Under the pieces are notes generated by a model. It made no database searches, had not been told where the DNA came from, and saw only the letters and a program-made list of their open reading frames with translations. 64,000 nt of DNA, from contig CAZOVA010000001.1 of the NCBI GenBank assembly GCA_964583625.1, forward strand, positions 480 to 64,479. The letters run 5' to 3'. A program made the translations under genes and the position numbers. How positions within the stretch are numbered: the stretch's first letter is position 1; every line of letters begins with the position of its first letter. This DNA comes from an uncultured Pseudomonadales bacterium (GTDB lineage: Bacteria; Patescibacteriota; Microgenomatia; UBA1400; PJMF01). Shown here piece after piece: positions 27,635 to 35,895 of this stretch.

Positions 27635-28984
27635 ATGGCTTATCAGGAAATACAAAAAAAACACCCTCGTTTTTTTTACCACCACTACCAACAAAGTTTC
27701 ATTAAAAGAGATTTAGTTCTTTCCTTTTTTTATCAACTAGAAAATGGGCCAGAATTTACTCATCAAGTAATTTTTAGAAAAATTGATCTAGATCTCTGGA
27801 AAAAACAAGACTCTCTCCTAATTAATAATTTAATTTTTAATCTTGGTTTGATCGAGATGCTCTCCTATTGGAAATTGGCTGCCTGCCCGGAGATCGTCAT
27901 TAATTGTGGACAATTAGGAAAAAAACAGGTTTTTTTTTGGCAAGACTTAATTTCCAGGGGAATGAGCGAATATTTTTTCATTAATCAAATAAAAGAATTC
28001 TTTCTAAAGCCTCCTAAACTTACCATTGGACATTTGTCTCCTACAAAAGCCTTAGTTGCTAAAAAAAACTCTCCCGAAATCACCTATGCTGCTAATTTGG
28101 GAGGAGGAAAAGATTCTGTCGTCTTGCTCGCTAGTTTAAAGCAGGCAGGTTGTCAATTCATAAACCTAGTCATTCAGCCAGCTTCACCAGCCGCTGTCAA
28201 AATGGGTACTTTAAGTGGCCAGCCTCTTTATTCAATTGAGCGGATTTTTGACAAAAAATTAACTCTCCTCAATCAAAAAAATTATTTGAATGGACATGTT
28301 CCTTTTAGTGCTTCTGTGGCTTTTATCAATCTCCTTGCTGCTCTTACTTATGGGTTTGATTGTGCTTTGGTTGGAAATGAAAAAAGCGCCGATCAAATTA
28401 GTTTTAAATGGGAGAAAAATGAGATCAATCATCAATATTCAAAGAGCACAAAATTTGAACAGGACTTTGAAAAATATAGATCACAATTTTTAGTCAAAAA
28501 TATAAAATATTATTCTTTGATAAGGAAATTAAATGAGATAGAAATTGCTCACATTTTTTCATCAATACCAAATTTTTTTTCAATATTTAGATCTTGTAAT
28601 CGTGGACAGAGAAATGGGCTTTGGTGTCATCGTTGTGCGAAATGTCTTTTTGTTTTTCTAATTCTCTCACCATTTATTGAAGAAAAAGTTTTAGCTAAAC
28701 AAATCTTCAATCACAATTTGTTTGAAGACTTGTTTTTGTTAAAAGAGTTTAAAAAAATTTTAGGTTTAGCTCCAAATAAACCTTTGGAGTGTGTGGGCAC
28801 AATTGAAGAATCACGGCTAGCTCTCTATTTAACTATTAAAAAATATCAGCAAGAAAAGCGGTCTTTGCCAGTTTTGGTACAAAAAGTAAAAAATCAATTT
28901 GAAAAACTTAATATCAACTGGCAAGAAGAAGAAAGTCGACTACTGAGGTATAATATAGACGATCTAGATTGGCCAAAATGCTGA
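27635..28984 (+). CDS. PP-loop (adenine-nucleotide alpha-hydrolase-type) ATPase with a CX9CX2CX2C cluster; candidate MurL-like epimerase (hypothesis)
   Basis: PP-loop variant ANLGGGKDS; Cys cluster SCNRGQRNGLWCHRCAKC; 16-nt overlap with, and translational coupling to, the downstream murD. Confidence 0.5.
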   Translation: MAYQEIQKKHPRFFYHHYQQSFIKRDLVLSFFYQLENGPEFTHQVIFRKIDLDLWKKQDSLLINNLIFNLGLIEMLSYWKLAACPEIVINCGQLGKKQVFFWQDLISRGMSEYFFINQIKEFFLKPPKLTIGHLSPTKALVAKKNSPEITYAANLGGGKDSVVLLASLKQAGCQFINLVIQPASPAAVKMGTLSGQPLYSIERIFDKKLTLLNQKNYLNGHVPFSASVAFINLLAALTYGFDCALVGNEKSADQISFKWEKNEINHQYSKSTKFEQDFEKYRSQFLVKNIKYYSLIRKLNEIEIAHIFSSIPNFFSIFRSCNRGQRNGLWCHRCAKCLFVFLILSPFIEEKVLAKQIFNHNLFEDLFLLKEFKKILGLAPNKPLECVGTIEESRLALYLTIKKYQQEKRSLPVLVQKVKNQFEKLNINWQEEESRLLRYNIDDLDWPKC

Positions 28985-30414
28985 AATTAAGTAAAACTCA
29001 ACAGAGAAAGCTTCTTTCTCTAGAGGATAAGAGAATTCTGATTCTGGGAGCGGGAAGAGAGGGTCTTTCAAACTACCTTTTTTTAAGAAAAGTTTTTCCT
29101 CAAAAAGAACTGACTTTAGCTGATAGGATTCCTCAAAAAAACCTTAATGCTCAGTGGAAAAAGATTTTTGCTCAAGACTTTAGACTAAAAAAGCAACTAG
29201 GAGCAGAAAATTATCTGGAAAACTTATCAGCTTTCGATCTTATTTTTCTCACACCAGGCATTCCTCCAGCCCTTGATCAATTAGTCAAGGCTAAAAATCT
29301 TGGAGTTAAATTTTCCTCTAACACTGAACTTTTTCTAAAATTAGTAAAAGGTAAGACTATTGGCGTAACTGGAACCAAAGGGAAAAGCACCACTAGCAGT
29401 TTAATTGCTCACGTTTTACGTCAGGGAGGCAAAAAAACTCAGTTAGTGGGGAATATCGGGGCTCCTGCTTTGGACTTTCTCTCTCAAGTTGACAGTAAAA
29501 CCTATATTGTTTTAGAAATGTCCGCTCAACAATTACAAGCTCTTAAACAGAGCCCAAATTATGCGGTAGTACAAAATATTACTTCAGAGCATCTTGATTA
29601 TTTCAATGATAATCAAGCCTATATTGAAGCCAAAACTCCAATTTGTCGTTTTCAAAAACCAAAAGACTTCTTTATTTATAGCGATGAATTCAAAACCTCG
29701 AACTATTTTTCTACCCTCACTAAGGCAAAAAAACTTTGTTTTGGCCTTAAGAATGAGCCTGGACATCTGGCTTTTACTGAGGGAAAGGCAGTTTTTTATC
29801 GCGGCAAAGATGAGTCTCTTCCTGTTTCCCTTGCTGCTATTAAAAAAATTAAACTAATGGGTAAACACAATCTCTACAATATTTTTCCTGCAATTCTAAT
29901 TGCTAAAAGTTTGAAGATTACAAACGAACAAATAGAGTCTGCTTTATATAGTTTTACTCCTTTAAGACACCGTTTAGAGTATGCTTGTACAGTAAATGAT
30001 GTTTCATATTATAATGATAGTCTTTCAACCAATCCACAAGCCGCCATTGCTGCTTTAAAGGTTTTTGCTAAAAAAGACATCATCTTAATGGCGGGAGGTT
30101 ATGAAAGACATCAAGATTTTACCAAGTTTGCTCAGGCAATTCTAAAATATAAGGTTCATGTCGTTATCTTGTTCCCCACCACTGGAAAAAGAATTAAAAA
30201 AAATATTATTGATTTAGCGATTAAAAAAAAGCTTCTCGTTCCTAAGTTTTTTTCTGTTAATAGTATGCAAGAAGCAGTTTCCTTAGCTCATCGGGAAGCC
30301 AAACCTAAAGATATAGTCCTATTAAGCCCTGGGGCAGCTAGTTTTGACATCTTCAAAGACTATGCTGACAGAGGAGACCAATTTTGCCAATTGGCAAAAA
30401 GTTTGTTAAAATAA
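28969..30414 (+). CDS. murD: UDP-N-acetylmuramoylalanine--glutamate ligase (MurD family)
   Basis: N-terminal Rossmann ILILGAGREG; P-loop GVTGTKGKSTT; C-terminal LSPGAASFDIFKDYADRGDQF matches the MurD end motif. Confidence 0.85.
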   Translation: MAKMLKLSKTQQRKLLSLEDKRILILGAGREGLSNYLFLRKVFPQKELTLADRIPQKNLNAQWKKIFAQDFRLKKQLGAENYLENLSAFDLIFLTPGIPPALDQLVKAKNLGVKFSSNTELFLKLVKGKTIGVTGTKGKSTTSSLIAHVLRQGGKKTQLVGNIGAPALDFLSQVDSKTYIVLEMSAQQLQALKQSPNYAVVQNITSEHLDYFNDNQAYIEAKTPICRFQKPKDFFIYSDEFKTSNYFSTLTKAKKLCFGLKNEPGHLAFTEGKAVFYRGKDESLPVSLAAIKKIKLMGKHNLYNIFPAILIAKSLKITNEQIESALYSFTPLRHRLEYACTVNDVSYYNDSLSTNPQAAIAALKVFAKKDIILMAGGYERHQDFTKFAQAILKYKVHVVILFPTTGKRIKKNIIDLAIKKKLLVPKFFSVNSMQEAVSLAHREAKPKDIVLLSPGAASFDIFKDYADRGDQFCQLAKSLLK

Positions 30415-31784
30415 TCCTCATGACCAAAGTTCCAAAAGAGATAGAAAAATCCAAAGAGAAAAAAGTCCATAATTGGGCTGGAATTATTTACACTTTGCTT
30501 TCAGCAATTATTATCATTCTCGGAACTTTTATTGCCATTCGCTGGGCCAAAGGAGACTTTCGTCTTGATGAAAGCAGCCAGGTTTTATCAAGAGAAACAG
30601 GCCTTTTGCATGCTACTTCTACTCCGCAAGGCGCCCAAGTTTATATCAATGATATCCTCACCTCTGCCACTGACAACATCATTTATCTAGCTCCTGGAGA
30701 GTATAATATTAGAATTCAAAAGGATGGCTACAGTCCCTGGGTTAAAAAAATAAAAATAGAAAAATCTCTAGTTTCTGCAGCTAATGCTATTCTTTTTCCT
30801 TACTCCCCTAGCTTGACTAGCCTTACTTTTACTGGGGTAAAAAACATTTCCGTCTCTCCTAATAAACAAAAGTTAATTTTTTATACTGACAATATTAGCG
30901 CCAAAAACAAAAACGGTCTTTATTTACTTGACTTGAGTAATAGTTCTAAAAGTCCGACCCAAATTACCGACAATGATCAAGAGTTCTCTCTAGAAGAGGC
31001 TAAATTTATTTGGTCTCCAGACAGTAATCAGGTTTTAGTTTTTTCTCCAGAAAGAACTTTTTTATTAAATGTTCATAGCTATACAGCTCTCCAAAGTTCT
31101 CCGAGTGTCGCTTTTCAACTTTCGAATATTCTCTTTGGCTGGGAAGAAGAAATTTTAGCAAAAGAGAAACAATACCTAGAAAAAATCCCCAAGATTGCTC
31201 TCCAAACTATTCTCAATCAAGGAGTGGACTTTTATCTTTCCAATGATAATCAAAAATTACTTTATACTGCCACTGGTTCTGCTGTTTTAGCGGAAAATTT
31301 GATAGCCCCTCTCCCCGCTTCCAATAATTATCCAGAAAAAAGAATCTTTTCTCCTGGAGAAGTATATGTCTATGATAGTTATGAAGATAAAAACTTCCTT
31401 CTTGATCAAGAATCTAGTCAATCAGGGAAGCATTTATTAACTGCTGTCCAAAACTTGACGCCAATGATTACTAAACCAGTTTTAGGTAAATCTTTACAAG
31501 TAAAAAATAATCAAAATCAGACTATTGAGAATTTCAACCATTATTATGGAGACTATCGGACCAAGGGTTGGCAGTGGTTGCCAAATTCTACTCATTTAGT
31601 AAAAATAAAAGAGGATAAAGTGGTGATTACCAGTTACGATAGTACTAATCCTACCGTCATTTATTCTGGAGACTTAAAAGACAACTTTGTTTTACCCTAT
31701 CCAGATGGAAATAAAGTTTTGATTTTAACTTCCTTTACCCCAGACTCGCCTGCTAATATTTATGCTATTGAATTAAAAAAATAA
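30384..31784 (+). CDS. Membrane-anchored PEGA-domain protein with a C-terminal beta-propeller-like region
   Basis: PEGA-like segment PQGAQVYINDILTSATDNIIYLAPGEYNIRIQKDGYSPW; N-terminal TM. An alternative start at ATG 30419 is possible. Confidence 0.5.
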   Translation: MPIGKKFVKIILMTKVPKEIEKSKEKKVHNWAGIIYTLLSAIIIILGTFIAIRWAKGDFRLDESSQVLSRETGLLHATSTPQGAQVYINDILTSATDNIIYLAPGEYNIRIQKDGYSPWVKKIKIEKSLVSAANAILFPYSPSLTSLTFTGVKNISVSPNKQKLIFYTDNISAKNKNGLYLLDLSNSSKSPTQITDNDQEFSLEEAKFIWSPDSNQVLVFSPERTFLLNVHSYTALQSSPSVAFQLSNILFGWEEEILAKEKQYLEKIPKIALQTILNQGVDFYLSNDNQKLLYTATGSAVLAENLIAPLPASNNYPEKRIFSPGEVYVYDSYEDKNFLLDQESSQSGKHLLTAVQNLTPMITKPVLGKSLQVKNNQNQTIENFNHYYGDYRTKGWQWLPNSTHLVKIKEDKVVITSYDSTNPTVIYSGDLKDNFVLPYPDGNKVLILTSFTPDSPANIYAIELKK

Positions 31785-32029
31785 TTTGTCGAGATGTTCG
31801 GACTGATATTAAACTTCCTGAGTGTCTAGACACTATCACAGCCAACCAAGAAATGGGCAAAAACTAGAAGCAATTAGAGATCAGAGACTCTTAATGAGAA
31901 TGAAGGACTTGGTTTTAAAATTTAATAGATTGCTAATAATCTGCGGTTTAGAAGAAATCTGATCTTTCTTTTACCGGAGGCTTTTGATAGTCTATAATAG
32001 ACATTATTAACACATAAGAGGGGTTAAAA

Positions 32030-32212
32030 ATGAAAGAAGTAATGACAACTCAGCCAATAACAATTGAACAATTTTCTACTCAATTTGAAGAGATTGAGGG
32101 ACAAGCGGAGCAACTTAAAGCGGTTGTTTCTAGAATTAAGGAAATCCCTTGGGGTAAAGGTAGAACTTGTGAAGAGGTTTTGACAAAAAAATGTTGGAAC
32201 TTGTACAGGTAA
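32030..32212 (+). CDS. Hypothetical 60-aa ORF, probably the N-terminal part of a frameshifted gene continuing in 32220..32639
   Basis: Good RBS (agagggg) 8 nt upstream; ends just after an A7 run at 32185-32191. Confidence 0.3.
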   Translation: MKEVMTTQPITIEQFSTQFEEIEGQAEQLKAVVSRIKEIPWGKGRTCEEVLTKKCWNLYR

Positions 32213-32219
32213 GCATAAG

Positions 32220-32639
32220 TTGTTGGAAGCGGTGCTTGATCGCTTGAATATTCCCCACGAAAGTGTGGTCAGTACTTTTCGTTGGGAAAAACAAGGATTG
32301 GTATTACCTGACAATCTCCAGTCAATATTGGGTGAGGGTGGCTGGGAACATGGTCATAATTGGGTAAAAATTACTGACCCAGAAAATCAATTTGATATAG
32401 ACTTAACTTGGGATAGTCCAATGGCACCTTATGGCTTTCTGGTTTTACCAGATGAATGGGACGGAAAATCATCATTTATTGGTTTGAAAAGTTATGAACA
32501 GAGGTGGAATGGTGTTAGTATTGATCAAATGAAGGAGCAGTTGATTGGTAATTTAACAACAGAACAAAGAGAGAGAAGAGAAAGATTTGTAGAGAATTTA
32601 ATTGAATGGTCTAATGAACTGCATCGGGGCAAAAAATAA
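32220..32639 (+). CDS. Hypothetical protein (TTG start in the ORF track); its reading frame is open back to 32184, consistent with fusion to the upstream ORF by a +1 shift at the A7 run
   Basis: 139 aa; no recognised motif. Confidence 0.4.
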   Translation: MLEAVLDRLNIPHESVVSTFRWEKQGLVLPDNLQSILGEGGWEHGHNWVKITDPENQFDIDLTWDSPMAPYGFLVLPDEWDGKSSFIGLKSYEQRWNGVSIDQMKEQLIGNLTTEQRERRERFVENLIEWSNELHRGKK

Positions 32640-32762
32640 TTTTTGTAGTGTTGGACTTCAATCTGGTAACCGGACCCTGACCATAAAGGACGAGAAGGTG
32701 GTTTAATGTCAACTAAATCCGATGATGGAGAAAGGGCTAAAACCTACCTCTGTCCTATTAAG

Positions 32763-32835
32763 TCGGAGTGACAGGACTCGAACCTGCGGCCTCTGCGTTC
32801 CGAACACAGCGCGCTACCATCTGCGCTACACTCCG
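32763..32835 (-). tRNA. tRNA-Pro (anticodon CGG), CCA not encoded
   Basis: Reverse complement CGGAGTGTAGCGCAGATGGTAGCGCGCTGTGTTCGGAACGCAGAGGCCGCAGGTTCGAGTCCTGTCACTCCGA folds with a 7-bp acceptor stem, D-arm GCGC/GCGC and anticodon loop TTCGGAA. Confidence 0.85.
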
Positions 32836-32885
32836 ATTTTATTGAATTATAACACTTGGATTTTATAAATTAAGAAAATTATCGG

Positions 32886-32957
32886 TACTCCTACCAGGAA
32901 TCGAACCTGGATTTGCCGCTTAGGAGGCAGCCGTTCTGTCCGTTGAACTATAGGAGT
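32886..32957 (-). tRNA. tRNA-Arg (anticodon CCT); followed by CCG rather than CCA
   Basis: Reverse complement ACTCCTATAGTTCAACGGACAGAACGGCTGCCTCCTAAGCGGCAAATCCAGGTTCGATTCCTGGTAGGAGTA; anticodon loop CTCCTAA. Confidence 0.8.
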
Positions 32958-33399
32958 AATATTCTTCCCACAAATCTTTAATCGTAGCAAAATCGCGATC
33001 AAAATAAGAGTGTCTGTTTTTCGGCAGATGACCTAAGTCAAACCATCCAGAATCAATCATCTTCTCTGGCTCACAAATTTTAACTGTTTTTGGATCGACC
33101 TTGACTAAATAGGTGAAAATCAGCCAGTGAGTTTTCCGCTCGCCTATTTCTCTAATAGCATTTACTAAGCCGCCGGCGCGATACTCTAGGGGCTCACAGC
33201 CATATTCTTCTTTTAGCTCTCGTAATAAACACTGTTCTGGAGATTCGCCAAACCTCAAAGCTCCTCCACAGTTATCCCATTTATTCCACTCATCACGACA
33301 CTTAGGTCCCCTTTTGTTAAGAAAAAGCTTGCCTTCTCCATCATGGCAGACAGCACAAGTCCCCACACCAATATAGTCTAAACCAGGCTCAAACATCAA
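32920..33399 (-). CDS. NUDIX hydrolase
   Basis: Nudix box GGALRFGESPEQCLLRELKEEYG; the last ~12 codons overlap the 5' half of tRNA-Arg(CCT). Confidence 0.75.
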   Translation of the reverse strand: MMFEPGLDYIGVGTCAVCHDGEGKLFLNKRGPKCRDEWNKWDNCGGALRFGESPEQCLLRELKEEYGCEPLEYRAGGLVNAIREIGERKTHWLIFTYLVKVDPKTVKICEPEKMIDSGWFDLGHLPKNRHSYFDRDFATIKDLWEEYYSYSSTDRTAAS

Positions 33400-33557
33400 C
33401 TAAATTATATCACGCTATGAACAGAATTCTAAACCTATAAGATAAGTTCCTTTAAATTTAACATTTAATATCAGTTATAATGGCGGTATTGTTCTCTGGC
33501 ACATTTGCTCGAGACGATCTTTGAAAACGGTTTTGCACAAGCAGAAAGGAGGAGAAA

Positions 33558-33938
33558 ATGAAAGCAGTTCCTAGATTGGTTATCTCTCGTCTTCAAACTC
33601 ACATCTTGACTAACAAATATCTCTCGCCTATCAGACTCCCTGAAAACACCCTCGTGGAAAGCATGCCCGACCTGGCTCCGTCAGGATCTATTTGGTGCCC
33701 ATTTAAGAATTTCGTCCTCGAGTCTAGAGATTACGACGCGATTGTCGAATTCATGCATCTGGGCATTAAAAAAGGTTTGGTTTTTTTCAACGAAGAAAAC
33801 ACCCATCAGTCTTCAGCCAAGAACTTAGTCCTTGAGTCTAGAGACTACAATGAAATTGTGGAGTTGATTCGATCAGATATCAGGAAAGGTTTGATTAATT
33901 TTAACAAAGAAAGTGCTGAAGACATTTGTGTTGGCTAG
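33558..33938 (+). CDS. Hypothetical protein with an internal tandem ~37-aa repeat
   Basis: KNFVLESRDYDAIVEFMHLGIKKGLVFFNEE versus KNLVLESRDYNEIVELIRSDIRKGLINFNKE; RBS aggagg upstream. Confidence 0.45.
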   Translation: MKAVPRLVISRLQTHILTNKYLSPIRLPENTLVESMPDLAPSGSIWCPFKNFVLESRDYDAIVEFMHLGIKKGLVFFNEENTHQSSAKNLVLESRDYNEIVELIRSDIRKGLINFNKESAEDICVG

Positions 33939-33945
33939 TACAAAA

Positions 33946-33984
33946 CCGCTTCCCTCCCCCGCCTGAAAGGCGGGGGCTTTTTTG
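33946..33984 (+). terminator. Rho-independent terminator
   Basis: cccccgcctgaaaggcgggggcttttttg. Confidence 0.75.
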
Positions 33985-34056
33985 TGCTTCTGGCGGGAAT
34001 CGAACCCACATCAAAGGTTCCGGAAACCTTCGTGCTATCCTTTGCACCACAGAAGC
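33985..34056 (-). tRNA. tRNA-Arg (anticodon CCG), CCA not encoded
   Basis: Reverse complement GCTTCTGTGGTGCAAAGGATAGCACGAAGGTTTCCGGAACCTTTGATGTGGGTTCGATTCCCGCCAGAAGCA; anticodon loop TTCCGGA. Confidence 0.8.
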
Positions 34057-34082
34057 GACTCAAGATAAACTTGAGTTAGTTT

Positions 34083-34553
34083 TTAAGCAATCTCGTAGTC
34101 GGCGTAGATAACACTATCAATGACGCTTTTGTAAGAAAAAAGTTCGTTTTCATCAAAAACAATGTCAATTTCTCTTTGGGCGTCTTCAATCTTAGCAGAG
34201 GCGTGAATAAGGTTGTACTGCTGGCTCATACCAAAGTCCCCTCTGATAGAACCGCCTTCAGCCTCTCGGCCAGAAGTGGTACCAATTAGCTTCCTCACGA
34301 CTATAACGGCATCAACTCCCTCCCAGACCATGGCTACAATCGGCATAGTTTCCATAAAAGCTTTCAAGTCATTAAAAAAACTTTTTTCTTTATGTTCTAT
34401 GTACCAATCCGAAAGCATTTCATCGCTCATATTGAGCATCTTCATGCCAACCAGCTTCAAACCTTTCCGCTCAAAACGAGAAATAATCTCGCCAATCAAT
34501 CCTCTTTGTAAACCATCTGGCTTCACTAAAACCGCTGTTCTTTGTGGTTTCAT
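34083..34553 (-). CDS. ndk: Nucleoside diphosphate kinase
   Basis: NLIHAS active-site His motif; RGDFG; 156 aa. Confidence 0.9.
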   Translation of the reverse strand: MKPQRTAVLVKPDGLQRGLIGEIISRFERKGLKLVGMKMLNMSDEMLSDWYIEHKEKSFFNDLKAFMETMPIVAMVWEGVDAVIVVRKLIGTTSGREAEGGSIRGDFGMSQQYNLIHASAKIEDAQREIDIVFDENELFSYKSVIDSVIYADYEIA

Positions 34554-34572
34554 TTTTTCCTTTCTATAAAAA

Positions 34573-35871
34573 TTAAACTTTAATTAAACTCCTTATTTCT
34601 TTCTCAGTTTGCTGATCAATTTGACCAATAACCGATAAGCGTAGCTCCTTGCTTTTCACTAACTCTTTGGCTAAATCCTTCACCTGTGTTAAGTTAACTT
34701 TTTTCAGAGACTTAAGTTTGTCCTGGACTGTCTGCACTCTGCCTGTCAGTATCTGTCTTAAACCATAGCTTATCGCCAAACTATGAGTGCTCTCCTGGGC
34801 TAAAACTAAATTCCCAGCTAAATAGTTTTTTGCTTTGTCTAGTTCTTCCTCAGTCACCGCTAGCCGCCCTTCACTTAAGGCCTCAAACTGGTCAATCGTA
34901 ACCCGCAAAGCTTCACTCACTTTACTAGGATTTACCCCGGCTACTGCGCCAAAAAATCCAGCATCAGCAAAGGCCTCTACTTGACTATTAATATAGTAAC
35001 ACAGGCCCCTTTGCTCTCTGACTTGGAGAAATAAGCGAGAGCTCATATTCCCTCCCACAATCGTCGAGAGTAATGATAGCACGTCTTCTCTAGGATCAAA
35101 GATGTTAAGTCCGGGCCAGCCAAGAATAAAATGAATTTGCTCAGTTTTTTTACGGTATAAATTTATCTTTTCCCCATAAATAAAGTTTTTTTGCCAAGTC
35201 TCCTGGTGTTGAGGGATCTTTATTTTAGGCTCTGTTTTAAAAGGAAAATTTTCTAAGATTTTTTCTCCTAAATCTGGACTTTCAACTATTGCTTTTTTAC
35301 CAGCTACGACTATCAATATGTTGCCAGCCTGGTACCAAGAATCCATAAAATTGAAAAAGTCTTTTTGTTTAAAGCTGGCGACTGTCTCTTTTTTTCCCAA
35401 AATATTATGAGCTAAACCACTGCCCTGATAAAACATTTCGTTAAAAAGAATCGTATTGTAGCTGGCAGGCTGATCTTCATACATATGCATTTCCTCTAAA
35501 ATAACTCCTTTTTCTTTCTCGATCTCTTGAGGAAGAATTAAAGGTTGAGTGATCAATTGACCAAGCACTTTAAGATTCAAATCTAAATGGGTGGCCGCAC
35601 TCCGAATATAAAAGGCGGTCGCTTCCTCTGAGGTAAAAGCATTAAACTGAGCTCCAATGCTGTCTACTGTTTCCGACAATATTTTGGTGTTGGGGTAAAT
35701 TTTTGTTCCCTTAAAAACCATATGCTCTAAAAAGTGGGCTAGGCCATACTGGTTAAATTTCTCATATCGAGAGCCCGTTTTAACCAAAACAACAGTTGAA
35801 ACTGATTCAATACCCGATACCGCGATACGAAGTAGTTTTACTCCATTCTTTAGCTCTTCTATTTGATACAT
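34573..35871 (-). CDS. M16-family (pitrilysin/insulinase-like) zinc peptidase
   Basis: Inverted zinc motif HFLEH plus a downstream E; 432 aa. Confidence 0.8.
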   Translation of the reverse strand: MYQIEELKNGVKLLRIAVSGIESVSTVVLVKTGSRYEKFNQYGLAHFLEHMVFKGTKIYPNTKILSETVDSIGAQFNAFTSEEATAFYIRSAATHLDLNLKVLGQLITQPLILPQEIEKEKGVILEEMHMYEDQPASYNTILFNEMFYQGSGLAHNILGKKETVASFKQKDFFNFMDSWYQAGNILIVVAGKKAIVESPDLGEKILENFPFKTEPKIKIPQHQETWQKNFIYGEKINLYRKKTEQIHFILGWPGLNIFDPREDVLSLLSTIVGGNMSSRLFLQVREQRGLCYYINSQVEAFADAGFFGAVAGVNPSKVSEALRVTIDQFEALSEGRLAVTEEELDKAKNYLAGNLVLAQESTHSLAISYGLRQILTGRVQTVQDKLKSLKKVNLTQVKDLAKELVKSKELRLSVIGQIDQQTEKEIRSLIKV

Positions 35872-35895
35872 TAAAATATCTTTCTTTATAACAAT

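Noticed and set aside
32641-32760. GC-richer stretch upstream of tRNA-Pro considered as an additional tRNA or ncRNA
   Set aside because: No T-loop (GGTTCGA / TCGAACC) or acceptor-stem complementarity could be found by manual folding.
33926-34111. 61-aa plus-strand ORF
   Set aside because: Overlaps a terminator hairpin and tRNA-Arg(CCG) on the opposite strand; spurious.
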